This document shows, one piece after another, positions 46,774-55,041 of a stretch of 64,000 nucleotides of DNA (its first letter is position 1; every line of letters starts with the position of its first letter). The stretch lies in the NCBI GenBank assembly GCA_041662125.1, contig JBAZTA010000004.1:343-64342 (forward strand), read 5' to 3'. This DNA is from Candidatus Omnitrophota bacterium. Its GTDB lineage: Bacteria > Omnitrophota > Gorgyraeia > Gygaellales > Profunditerraquicolaceae. The notes under the pieces were generated by a model. That model was not told where the DNA came from. It did no database searches and was given only the letters and a program-made list of their open reading frames with translations. The translations under genes were made by a program, and so were the position numbers.

Positions 46774-47610
46774 TTATTTTAACCTTAGCTTCATCAACCG
46801 CCTTGCATACTGTGCCATTAAATCTTTTGTTATATTCCCCGCAGCGCCTTTTCCGATATCGCGCCCCTGAAGCGATACCAACGGCATAATACCAATAAGC
46901 GAGTTTGTCAAAAAACCCTCATCAGCGGATCTTAAATCATCTAAACAAAATTTCCCTTCATCAATTTTATACCCGCTTTTTTTCCCGAGAGTAATAACCA
47001 GTTGACGGGTAACCCCCGGCAAACAGCCGCACGTCAGCGCAGGAGTCATGATCTTTTTTCTTTTCACCAAAAAAATATTTGACCGCGCTCCTTCTGCAAT
47101 AAAACCCCGGGTATTTAAAATAATCGCCTCATCACAACCTTTCTTTCGAGCTTCTTGGGCTGCTAATTGAAACAAAAGCCGGCTGGTTGTTTTAACCTGC
47201 GCGAAGGCGTACTGTTGGTCCTGCCTTAATGAGGAAACACAGGCAGAAAAACCTTTCTGGTATTGCAAACTCGTATACGCCTTATAGGGCTTGACCGTAA
47301 CGACCGTATAAACCCCTGGCGCTGATTTATAGAGGCTCAACCTCACAACGGCATCTTGGTAACCATTGATCCTTATGGCGCGGCGGATGATCCCTGACAG
47401 ATCGGAACATGAATACGGGACCGCCAGAGTAAGCTTGCGGGCAGCGCCCAAGATCCTCTTGAGATGCTGCGGCAGGCAGACAATAGTGCAACCTATGGCG
47501 CGCATGGTTTCAAAAACCCCCCAACCGTACAATAATCCGGGCTCTGAAACAGGGATAACTGCTTGAGCGGGGCTCACAAATTTCCCATTTATAAAAATTT
47601 TCTCGCTCAT
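46774..47610 (-). CDS. pabC: Class IV aminotransferase, aminodeoxychorismate lyase-like
   Basis: Fold-type IV PLP enzyme (FINGKFV...GVFETMRA...). Assigned as pabC because it overlaps pabB by 4 nt and folC is nearby. Confidence 0.65.
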   Translation of the reverse strand: MSEKIFINGKFVSPAQAVIPVSEPGLLYGWGVFETMRAIGCTIVCLPQHLKRILGAARKLTLAVPYSCSDLSGIIRRAIRINGYQDAVVRLSLYKSAPGVYTVVTVKPYKAYTSLQYQKGFSACVSSLRQDQQYAFAQVKTTSRLLFQLAAQEARKKGCDEAIILNTRGFIAEGARSNIFLVKRKKIMTPALTCGCLPGVTRQLVITLGKKSGYKIDEGKFCLDDLRSADEGFLTNSLIGIMPLVSLQGRDIGKGAAGNITKDLMAQYARRLMKLRLK

Positions 47611-49016
47611 GTAATTGCCTCAAACATGGCCCGGGCTTTAACCAATGTTTCCCGGTATTCTTTTTCAGGATCTGAATCAGCGACGATCCCCCCACCAACG
47701 CCAAAATATACCTTATTATTTCTTTTAACTATCGTTCGGATCAAAATATTAAAATCCATCTCTCCTGAAAAACTGAAATACCCCAAACTTCCCGTATAGA
47801 GAGAACGCCCGAGCGGCTCTAATTCATCAATAATCTCCATGGCGCGGATCTTAGGGCAGCCGGTGATCGATCCGCCCGGGAAACAGGCTTTCATCAAATC
47901 AACCCTGTCCTTATCGTGCCTAAGCCTGCCCTCAACCGTAGCAGTAGTCTGAAAGACAGTAGTGTACTCTTCCAGGGTTCGCAATCTCTTGACTTTCACC
48001 GAACCGTATGCGCAGACCCTTCCCAGATCGTTCCTTTCAAGGTCCACGATCATCACTAATTCCGCCCGGTCTTTATCGCTTGAGAGTAATTCTTTCTTTA
48101 ACTTCAAATCATACGCCTTGCTCTTTGAACGGGGACGGGTGCCTTTCATAGGAGAAGTTTCAACCCTATCCTTGCGCAGGCTCAAGAATCGTTCCGGGGA
48201 AGAACTCAAGACCTGGAAATCACCCGCGTCAAAATATGCGCTGAAATTCGACGGGCTGATACGGCGCAACCGCTCGTAAATACTCACGGCATCATCGCGG
48301 CAGGGGCCGCAAAACCGCTGCGACAAATTAACCTGATAAATATCCCCCCGTTTTATATATGCCTTGGCTTTCTTGACTGCCCGGCAATATGCTTCTTTGC
48401 TGAAATTTGACCGAAACCCTCCGGAAACGCGGCGTTGAGAGTATTTTCGCGGGACAGAATGATACGCAGTCACCCGCGAGAGCATCGAAACAATTTTCTT
48501 GAAATTACTTTCACACAATGCTTTTGCTGCAGAGAGCTTCTTCTCCGGGAATCCTGCGGAGAAAATAAAAAGTTTACGCGTAAGGTTATCAATAATCACC
48601 ATGGTATTATAAAAAGCGAAATAGCTTTCCGGGATCGCCAAAGATTCCTTTTGTCTTCGGCATACGGATGTTTCAAAGCCCACCCCGAGATCATACGTAA
48701 CGTACCCCAGCGCGCCTCCTAAAAAAGGGATACAGTTGCCGGGGATCGATAAACGGTATTCATTAAGCCTCTTGCGGAGATCAGGTAACGGGTCACGCCG
48801 GCCACTTTTAAGAACATAAAAAGGGTCTGCGCCTATGAATGAATACCGGCCGGCTCCCCCGCGCGTAAGGCTGCTGTCCAGAAAAAACGAGTTTTTTTCA
48901 TCCTTAAACGCGGCAAAAACAGAAAAAGGGTCAACGCGTAATTTATATGATTTCAAGATGTAATATGCCATCGATCCTAAATGTCCGTTCTTCATTACGT
49001 AAACAACAAAACCCAA
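47607..49016 (-). CDS. pabB: Aminodeoxychorismate synthase component I (chorismate-binding enzyme)
   Basis: GGALGYVTYD, PGGSITGCPKIRAMEIIDELE, RSLYTGSLGYFSFSGEMDFNILIRT. The true start is probably an internal Met, since it overlaps the upstream exonuclease gene. Confidence 0.8.
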   Translation of the reverse strand: MGFVVYVMKNGHLGSMAYYILKSYKLRVDPFSVFAAFKDEKNSFFLDSSLTRGGAGRYSFIGADPFYVLKSGRRDPLPDLRKRLNEYRLSIPGNCIPFLGGALGYVTYDLGVGFETSVCRRQKESLAIPESYFAFYNTMVIIDNLTRKLFIFSAGFPEKKLSAAKALCESNFKKIVSMLSRVTAYHSVPRKYSQRRVSGGFRSNFSKEAYCRAVKKAKAYIKRGDIYQVNLSQRFCGPCRDDAVSIYERLRRISPSNFSAYFDAGDFQVLSSSPERFLSLRKDRVETSPMKGTRPRSKSKAYDLKLKKELLSSDKDRAELVMIVDLERNDLGRVCAYGSVKVKRLRTLEEYTTVFQTTATVEGRLRHDKDRVDLMKACFPGGSITGCPKIRAMEIIDELEPLGRSLYTGSLGYFSFSGEMDFNILIRTIVKRNNKVYFGVGGGIVADSDPEKEYRETLVKARAMFEAIT

Positions 49017-49767
49017 CCAGATACTGGCGGCGTTTGTCCTGTTTTATTGAACGCGGGATCACTTCCCTCTCGGAAACTGCCGCGGCAGAGCTGGAGAAAT
49101 ACCGGATTTTCAATTTAACGCCAAGGCCGATCGCCTCCTGGATCTCTGCCACTTTTTGATTATTGTTATCTTCAAGAAAATCCGCCTGCACACCAAAAAG
49201 GCTGACAAAATCACGAAAATCAGTTATTCCTTTTTGCTCCAGAGCAAGGCGCAGCTTCAAAAACACTTCCCACGTCATTTCCACATCGGAGAACGCGCGA
49301 TGTTTTTGCTGTGTATGAATCCCTAATTTCTGAGAAATAAACCACAACGCATAGCGTTCCTGCCCCGGAAGCAGTTTACGCGCCATAGAAAGAATATCGA
49401 CAATGACCGTTTCTTCGGGAAGACATGCTCCAGCCAATCCCAATTCGATCTTCAAGAACTCCAGGTCGAACGGGGCATTATAAGAACACAGGCAGCTGCC
49501 GCGTATAAAATTGAGGAATTCAGGTATAACCTCGAGCATGCGGGGCGCGCCGCGTAATTCTTCCTGCGTGATCTGGTTAACCAGGAAAGCTCCGGGAGAA
49601 ATAAGCCTTTGCGGATTAACCAGTGTCTGAAAAACCGCTATTTTTCTCTCACCCAAAAATCGCAGGCCCGCGATCTCCACGATCCGATCGCCAGAGCGGG
49701 GGTCCAATCCGGTAGTTTCAGTATCAAAAATAGTAAACTCGACTTCTTCCAGCTTTTTACGCATCAT
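48943..49767 (-). CDS. DEDDh 3'-5' exonuclease (DnaQ/epsilon-like) with C-terminal extension
   Basis: Exo I FDTETTGLDP. Exo II and Exo III (H...D) present. Confidence 0.75.
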   Translation of the reverse strand: MMRKKLEEVEFTIFDTETTGLDPRSGDRIVEIAGLRFLGERKIAVFQTLVNPQRLISPGAFLVNQITQEELRGAPRMLEVIPEFLNFIRGSCLCSYNAPFDLEFLKIELGLAGACLPEETVIVDILSMARKLLPGQERYALWFISQKLGIHTQQKHRAFSDVEMTWEVFLKLRLALEQKGITDFRDFVSLFGVQADFLEDNNNQKVAEIQEAIGLGVKLKIRYFSSSAAAVSEREVIPRSIKQDKRRQYLVGFCCLRNEERTFRIDGILHLEII

Positions 49768-49788
49768 CGTTACCGTTATCCTATCCGC

Positions 49789-50682
49789 TTAAGGTTTCCT
49801 GGCTATATAATTGGGGATTACCCGCAGCGGATGATATGACTCTTTTACTTTTTTAAGGTTCTCCAGCCCCGAATCATCCATGATATTGATATAGCGGTAC
49901 TCTTTTAATTCTTCAGAGAACCGGCGAAAAATGAATTGGCTTAATCCTTTTACTGAAAGATCGCTTACCTCATAGGCTACACAAAACGTATCGTCGCTTA
50001 GTTTAAAACCAAACGTGAATGCTTTAACCTTTGAATCGATCATAACCAGCCTCCCCGTCATTTTAAACAGAGGGTATTCTTCTAATAATACCATCAAGCT
50101 CTTCAGGCTATCGCCTAACATACCCTGATACACCGTATCCTGATTTCCGAGGCTGCGGGATCGCATCCAATACCGGTAGAGCTCCAGGCAATCTTGCTTA
50201 TCTTCTGCCGTATAGGGCTGGTAAGAAGCACTCGAATGTTTTTCAAAGTAATTAACCGCCGCGCGTTTTGACTTAAACTGGTTCCCTTTTAACGCCGCCA
50301 GGTCTTGGCGCAAACACAGGTAATCGCCGAATTTCCTGCTGCACGCAAACCCGTGATTCCGGTAAAAAACGCTGTCACTTTCTTCAATATTCTCAATGCG
50401 CGAAACACCCGGCGCGGTATTACGCCGGGCCATTATCTCAAAGGCTGCATCGATAACCGCAGGCTTGATTTCCGCTGCCAGCGGCGGCAGATACATAAAA
50501 GTGCCAATGTTATCAGAAAAGAACACACAGAGGGATCCATTGATAATACCCCACGAGATTGAAAAAAGGGCTTTCCAGATATAAATATTCTCAAAAGCAT
50601 AGGCGCTCAAAACATGAGGCTTAAGAGCGAGGAACTCATCAAAGATCAATCTATCTTCCGCGGCGAGTGTTTTAAGCTCCAT
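49789..50682 (-). CDS. DUF2156/MprF-C-like putative aminoacyl-tRNA-dependent transferase fold protein
   Basis: About 300 aa, resembling the standalone LPG-synthase C-terminal domain (ALKPHVLSAYAFENIYIWKALF...). Recognition is weak. Confidence 0.3.
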   Translation of the reverse strand: MELKTLAAEDRLIFDEFLALKPHVLSAYAFENIYIWKALFSISWGIINGSLCVFFSDNIGTFMYLPPLAAEIKPAVIDAAFEIMARRNTAPGVSRIENIEESDSVFYRNHGFACSRKFGDYLCLRQDLAALKGNQFKSKRAAVNYFEKHSSASYQPYTAEDKQDCLELYRYWMRSRSLGNQDTVYQGMLGDSLKSLMVLLEEYPLFKMTGRLVMIDSKVKAFTFGFKLSDDTFCVAYEVSDLSVKGLSQFIFRRFSEELKEYRYINIMDDSGLENLKKVKESYHPLRVIPNYIARKP

Positions 50683-50685
50683 AAG

Positions 50686-51171
50686 CTATAATGCTATCTC
50701 GAAAATATCCAACACGTTTTCGTATGACTGGATCAACTGGGGATTTTCTTTAAGGGTTTTCTTAACATCGGAAGAATTAAAAAAACTTTTTAAATAGGCG
50801 CAGTAATCCTTGTATTGCGCCAAATGCGTGTTTTCTTTCATATAGGGGCAGCGCAGGTCAACAGCAAGAAAGACCCTCTTGCCTTGCCGATTAATCAGGA
50901 ATGGGTAAAGCTGACACTCAAAAGGATGGACACTGTAGATCTTGCACCGGCTATCTTTCTGGTTCAGGAACTGGCAGGCAAAATTCCCCTGCTCGGAATT
51001 TACGATCAGGCCGATCTTCCTGGTATGAGGAGCTAACCGTATTTTTTCTTCTTCTAAAAGCTGCGGCTCCCAGATAGTTTCCTCTCCGGCAAACCTGCAG
51101 CATCCCTGACAGCGCAAACAATAGCCCTGGACAATAAACGGTTGTAATTTCTCCATTTCATTTAACGACAC
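50686..51171 (-). CDS. YkgJ/UPF0153-family Fe-S or zinc cluster protein
   Basis: CxxCxxCC motif CLRCQGCC plus additional conserved Cys (CKIY...ECQLY...LRCPY). Confidence 0.65.
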   Translation of the reverse strand: MSLNEMEKLQPFIVQGYCLRCQGCCRFAGEETIWEPQLLEEEKIRLAPHTRKIGLIVNSEQGNFACQFLNQKDSRCKIYSVHPFECQLYPFLINRQGKRVFLAVDLRCPYMKENTHLAQYKDYCAYLKSFFNSSDVKKTLKENPQLIQSYENVLDIFEIAL

Positions 51172-51478
51172 TTCCCAATTTCATCTCCCGCCCGGGAGAA
51201 ACAACCGCGATCCCCGACTCATCAGAAGCGGCTAAAATCATTCCCTGGCTTTCCACACCCCGAAGCAGTGCCGGCTCTAAATTGTCGATCACAACAACCT
51301 GCTTACCCAGTAAATCTTCTTTTTTATAGGAATTCCTGATGCCGGCGACAATCTGCCTGGTCTTATCCCCCAGATCGACAATCAACACATACAGCCTATC
51401 CGCATTGGGATGTTCATTAACTTCTTTTATTGTAGCAACTTTGAGCTCTAATTTCTTAAAATCTTCTATGCTGACCAT
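51158..51478 (-). CDS. tRNA-binding domain protein (CsaA/Trbp111/EMAP-II-like OB fold)
   Basis: FKKLELKVATIKEVNEHPNADRLYVLIVDLGD..RQIVAGI...GMILA matches the MetRS-C-terminal/CsaA tRNA-binding fold. Confidence 0.8.
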   Translation of the reverse strand: MVSIEDFKKLELKVATIKEVNEHPNADRLYVLIVDLGDKTRQIVAGIRNSYKKEDLLGKQVVVIDNLEPALLRGVESQGMILAASDESGIAVVSPGREMKLGSVVK

Positions 51479-51508
51479 ATACCCTCCACTATCTCGATAT
51501 ACTAAGTA

Positions 51509-52153
51509 TTACGGTTTATTTTCGTTATGCGGCATTGTATGCTTATCCTGAGGGGAGTTTGCCGGGTTGATCATTCCTCCGGAAACAATCAATTTTATGG
51601 CGTCTTTAATACTGATATCAAGGAATACTACTTCGCTGCGGGGGACAAACAATAAAAATCCAGTCGTCGGATTTGGGACAGTAGGGACAAAAACTGAAAG
51701 CAGCTCGCTCTGAGCCTTTTCCTGCGCCTCCGGCAAACCTTGATTGGTTACAAATCCGATCGTCAAAGTATTATTAGGCAAACAGCGTACCAGCACCGTT
51801 TTCTTAAAAGCAACCTTTTCTTCCGAAAACAAAAATTCAAATATCTGCTTAAGCGGCGAATAGATATACCCCATAAAAGGGAACCTGCTGATCATTTGCC
51901 CGAAAAAACGGTGCGTCAGCCTCCCGATAAGGTTTTTACTCAAGAAGCCTATTGCAGTAATCAAGGTCAAAAAAAGGATAAAGCCCAGCCCGTATATCTG
52001 GATACCCCAGGCCCTTTGCAGTAAAATATTGATGAACCTGCCTAAAATATTGTCAATAGAGATAAAAATGATGAAAAGGATATAAATACTTAAATACAAG
52101 GGGAGGATTACAACCAGTCCGGTAATAAAATATTTTTGTAAACGCTTAATCAT
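51509..52153 (-). CDS. DUF502-family membrane protein
   Basis: Two N-terminal TM helices, then the conserved cytoplasmic domain pattern (..RCLPNNTLTIGFVT..). Confidence 0.6.
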   Translation of the reverse strand: MIKRLQKYFITGLVVILPLYLSIYILFIIFISIDNILGRFINILLQRAWGIQIYGLGFILFLTLITAIGFLSKNLIGRLTHRFFGQMISRFPFMGYIYSPLKQIFEFLFSEEKVAFKKTVLVRCLPNNTLTIGFVTNQGLPEAQEKAQSELLSVFVPTVPNPTTGFLLFVPRSEVVFLDISIKDAIKLIVSGGMINPANSPQDKHTMPHNENKP

Positions 52154-52159
52154 AAGATG

Positions 52160-52462
52160 TCATCGTAGCCGGTCCGCAATATCAAATAAGGTCCGGACCA
52201 GGAATGATTGCAAAAACATAATTAATAAAAAGGCAATAACGGGGGAAATATCAATGCTCAATTTCAGCCGGAAAGGAAGCAGCCGGCGGATCGGTATTAA
52301 CACCGGTTCGGTTACCATATGTAAAAACTGGACAATCGGATTATGGGGATCAGCATTGACCCAGCTTATCAAGGCACGGATCAAAATAAGCCAATAGAAC
52401 GCCGTCAAGACGAAATTGACAATATATGCTATTGCCTGAATTAAATTTGCCAGCACAAACAT
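52160..52462 (-). CDS. yggT: YggT/Ycf19-family membrane protein
   Basis: 100 aa, two TM helices. LIRALISWVNADPHNPIVQFLHMVTEPVLIPIRR is the hallmark YggT motif. Confidence 0.8.
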   Translation of the reverse strand: MFVLANLIQAIAYIVNFVLTAFYWLILIRALISWVNADPHNPIVQFLHMVTEPVLIPIRRLLPFRLKLSIDISPVIAFLLIMFLQSFLVRTLFDIADRLR

Positions 52463-52618
52463 CGTATGCCTCCTTCGTCAGAAAAACTAACACCAGCGCC
52501 TTTTCAATTAAGCCAGGTGTTTCTAATATTTTGTTAGTTTACTTTACCATAAAAAATCAAAACAATCAATTACTGTCGCCTCTGCATGGCACGCATATAA
52601 ACTCTGTCATAAAAGATT

Positions 52619-53776
52619 TTACTGCGCAGGGGGATGCTGTTGCAGTGATTCCAGAAAAGCAGGATCGAACGCATATCCCAAAGACTCGGCATGACGAACA
52701 TCTGCCCACGCCAAATCATATTCTCTTTGAGTAGTATAAATCTTCGCGCGAAGAGCATAACTGACTACATGCTCCGGATTAACTGTTAACGCTTGATTAA
52801 GATCTGCCAAGGCACGCTCATGGTCTTCCTTCTTAAAATAGATTATCGCCCGTTCATAATAAGCCCAATCCAAAGGCGATTTCTTTACTTCCAGGGCAAT
52901 GACATTAGTATAATCATCCATCGCTAAATCAAAATCCCCTTTTTGATAATACGCTGCCCCGCGATTAAAGTATGCGTTAACAGCATAACGGTTTATTTCA
53001 AGAGCCTTATTACAATCACTGATGGTTTGATCATACTCCCCCATCTTACGAAAGGACCATGCCCGTAAGACCAAAGCAGGCACATGAGCTGGTTTAATAG
53101 TTAAGACGTAACTACAATCCTCAATAGCCAGAGCATATTCTTTTTTCTCAAAATATGCTTGAGCCCTGCCTTCGTAAATTTTGGCAATTTCCGGAGCAAG
53201 TTTTATAGCATCATTAAAATATGCAATAGCCTGATCAAAATTATTATTATTTAAGGCCTCGACCCCAGCTTCATAAAAACCTGCGGCAGCAGATTGCATA
53301 CCCTGGTTTTTGAGATCATTTTTAACAGTCTTTCCCTCTTGACTCTCTGGGACTGTTCTCACCATTTGAGATTCTTCAATAGTACTTACCCAAGTATTGT
53401 TTAAGTCCTCCTCCTTATCTTCCTTATCTTCCTTATCTTCCTTATCCTCCTTATCCTTATCTACGGAGACAGTTTCAAGGTCCTGGGCTTGTACTTCAGT
53501 TTCAACAGTTTCGCTACTCTCGTTCTTTAAACCTATGGTATTTGAGGGAGGCTCTTTAACAAAACTTAAAATTTCTGAGTTAAAATAGGTCAAAAGAACT
53601 TTATTGACTTTAATGGTAATGTACTCGGGGGTCATTTCGATAATAGTGCCTTCTTCTCTCTGTCCAGAGTTCAGGATAACAACGTCGGCAAAAACAAACG
53701 GTATACACCCAAAGACGCAAAGTATCACGATACCAGCTTTTACCTTATTAAATACCCTTCTTTTCATTTCACACAT
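52619..53776 (-). CDS. Secreted TPR-repeat protein with acidic (DKE)n microsatellite-encoded linker
   Basis: Signal/TM. DKDKEDKEDKEDKEDKEE encoded by a 9-bp tandem repeat at 53401-53460. Five or more C-terminal TPR units. Confidence 0.7.
   Translation of the reverse strand: MCEMKRRVFNKVKAGIVILCVFGCIPFVFADVVILNSGQREEGTIIEMTPEYITIKVNKVLLTYFNSEILSFVKEPPSNTIGLKNESSETVETEVQAQDLETVSVDKDKEDKEDKEDKEDKEEDLNNTWVSTIEESQMVRTVPESQEGKTVKNDLKNQGMQSAAAGFYEAGVEALNNNNFDQAIAYFNDAIKLAPEIAKIYEGRAQAYFEKKEYALAIEDCSYVLTIKPAHVPALVLRAWSFRKMGEYDQTISDCNKALEINRYAVNAYFNRGAAYYQKGDFDLAMDDYTNVIALEVKKSPLDWAYYERAIIYFKKEDHERALADLNQALTVNPEHVVSYALRAKIYTTQREYDLAWADVRHAESLGYAFDPAFLESLQQHPPAQ
53401..53460 (-). repeat. In-frame 9-bp microsatellite (tccttatct-like, about 6 units)
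   Basis: The DNA reads ctccttatcttccttatcttccttatcttccttatcctccttatc directly. Confidence 0.85.
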
Positions 53777-54060
53777 CCTGCATACTTATTATTTCTCATC
53801 AGGAATGCTCTTACTGCATTCTCACTCCTGTAAGAACGCCTCCATAATTGATATATTATAACATAGCCGGCAGATAAAGATAAATTAGAATGATTCCCCG
53901 ATATAGATACTTCTTTTATAAAACGGCTTGGCTTACCGGAAAGCGCCCTCAAAACTTTTACTGTACCACTAAAGAAAAGTTTCCAAAAGGGGAAAAATAT
54001 AAATACTCAAAAGGCTTAAGGATTATCTTAGAGAAGGGAAGAATGTGGAACAACAAGGCT

Positions 54061-54097
54061 GCGAAAAACCATCTCTTTACGGTTGATGGTTTTTCGC
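54061..54097 (-). terminator. Perfect 13-bp inverted repeat hairpin immediately downstream of tRNA-Asp
   Basis: GCGAAAAACCATC-tctttacggtt-GATGGTTTTTCGC. No clean U-tract follows, so intrinsic-terminator function is only probable. Confidence 0.5.
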
Positions 54098-54112
54098 CAT
54101 AGGCAGAAACAA

Positions 54113-54188
54113 CGGGGTCGACGGGATTTGAACCCGCGATCTTCGCCGTGACAGGGCGACGTGTTAAACCGAGCTACACCACGACCCC
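54113..54188 (-). tRNA. tRNA-Asp (anticodon GTC)
   Basis: Minus strand: GGGGTCG..GTGTAGCTCGGTTTAACAC..TCGCC-CTGTCAC-GGCGA..GCGGGTTCAAATCCCGTCGACCCCG. The 7-bp acceptor stem pairs. Anticodon loop CU-GUC-AC. CCA is not encoded. Confidence 0.85.
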
Positions 54189-54293
54189 AAAAATAGTCTA
54201 TATCCTAAAGCAGAAATGCTATTGTAAATCAATTTCCGATCTTTTTCAATACTTTATTTTCCAAAGCCTAGCGACCATCGACTATAGACTAAA

Positions 54294-54370
54294 TGGTGGG
54301 CGATAGAGGACTTGAACCCCTGACCCTCTGCGTGTAAAGCAGATGCTCTAACCAGCTGAGCTAATCGCCC
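54294..54370 (-). tRNA. tRNA-Val (anticodon TAC)
   Basis: Minus strand: GGGCGATTAGCTCAGCTGGTTAGAGCATCTGCTTTACACGCAGAGGGTCAGGGGTTCAAGTCCTCTATCGCCCACCA. Acceptor GGGCGAT/ATCGCCC. Anticodon loop TT-TAC-AC. CCA is encoded. Confidence 0.85.
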
Positions 54371-54389
54371 TTCTACGCTAATCAACAAA

Positions 54390-54495
54390 TAAAACCCTCG
54401 GTGTAGCTTCGAAGGGCTTTGCCCTTCTACACAATTCAATCAGTAAAACTCCGGTGTAGCTTCGAAGGGCTATTTCTTCGAAGCCCTACCATCTC
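54390..54495. repeat. Two tandem ~53-bp units, each with a strong hairpin, between the V-ATPase operon end and tRNA-Val
   Basis: Unit 1 contains cggtgtagcttc-GAAGGGC-ttt-GCCCTTC. Unit 2 contains cggtgtagc-CTTCGAAG-ggctattt-CTTCGAAG, where the octamer is self-complementary. Confidence 0.6.
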
Positions 54496-54565
54496 CTGCT
54501 TTATCAATGGGCGAAGAAGAACATCCGAAGATTATAAATCAAAATAAACTATTAGGCAAGAACTC

Positions 54566-55024
54566 TTATACCCCTGCCAACTTTCCTAAAATGCCAAGTG
54601 TAAAAGCCATGACAAAAAGCGCCACGGTTTCTGTCATACCCAAAATAACTAAATAATTACCAAACCCCTTGCCTGTTTCTCCCATGGCATCGCAAGCGCA
54701 GGCTGCGCATTTACCCTGCCAATACGCTGACAGACCGATCGCTATTCCGGCAAAAGCGCCTATACCCCATAAATACTGGCCCTTCGCGGCTAATTCATAC
54801 ATTTTATTCATAACGATCATCCCGTAGATGGTCTGGGTCAACGGAGCGCCAACAAAAGCGACTAACATAAATGAAGCTGTTTTATTCTGCGCGTAATTCT
54901 TCTTCCAGGCGCCTATCGCGCTCATACCGGCAACCCCTGCCCCGACCCCTGAACCGCACGCGGAAAAAGCAAGAACCAGGATCAACCCCAGATCTTTGAA
55001 TTGTGAAGCTAAACTTGTATCCAT
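54566..55024 (-). CDS. atpK: V-type ATPase proteolipid subunit K (c-ring)
   Basis: 152 aa, four TM helices, Gly/Ala-rich GSGVGAGVAGMSAIGA, with the conserved acidic residue in the last helix (MTETVALFVMA). Confidence 0.85.
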   Translation of the reverse strand: MDTSLASQFKDLGLILVLAFSACGSGVGAGVAGMSAIGAWKKNYAQNKTASFMLVAFVGAPLTQTIYGMIVMNKMYELAAKGQYLWGIGAFAGIAIGLSAYWQGKCAACACDAMGETGKGFGNYLVILGMTETVALFVMAFTLGILGKLAGV

Positions 55025-55041
55025 ATCCTCTCCTTTTTAAT

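Noticed and set aside
47510-47704. 64-aa minus-strand ORF spanning the pabC/pabB junction
   Set aside because: Out-of-frame overlap of two strongly supported genes that themselves overlap by 4 nt, so it is spurious.
54254-54439. 61-aa ORF overlapping tRNA-Val
   Set aside because: It overlaps the tRNA-Val gene and the hairpin repeats. There is no coding signal, so it is spurious.
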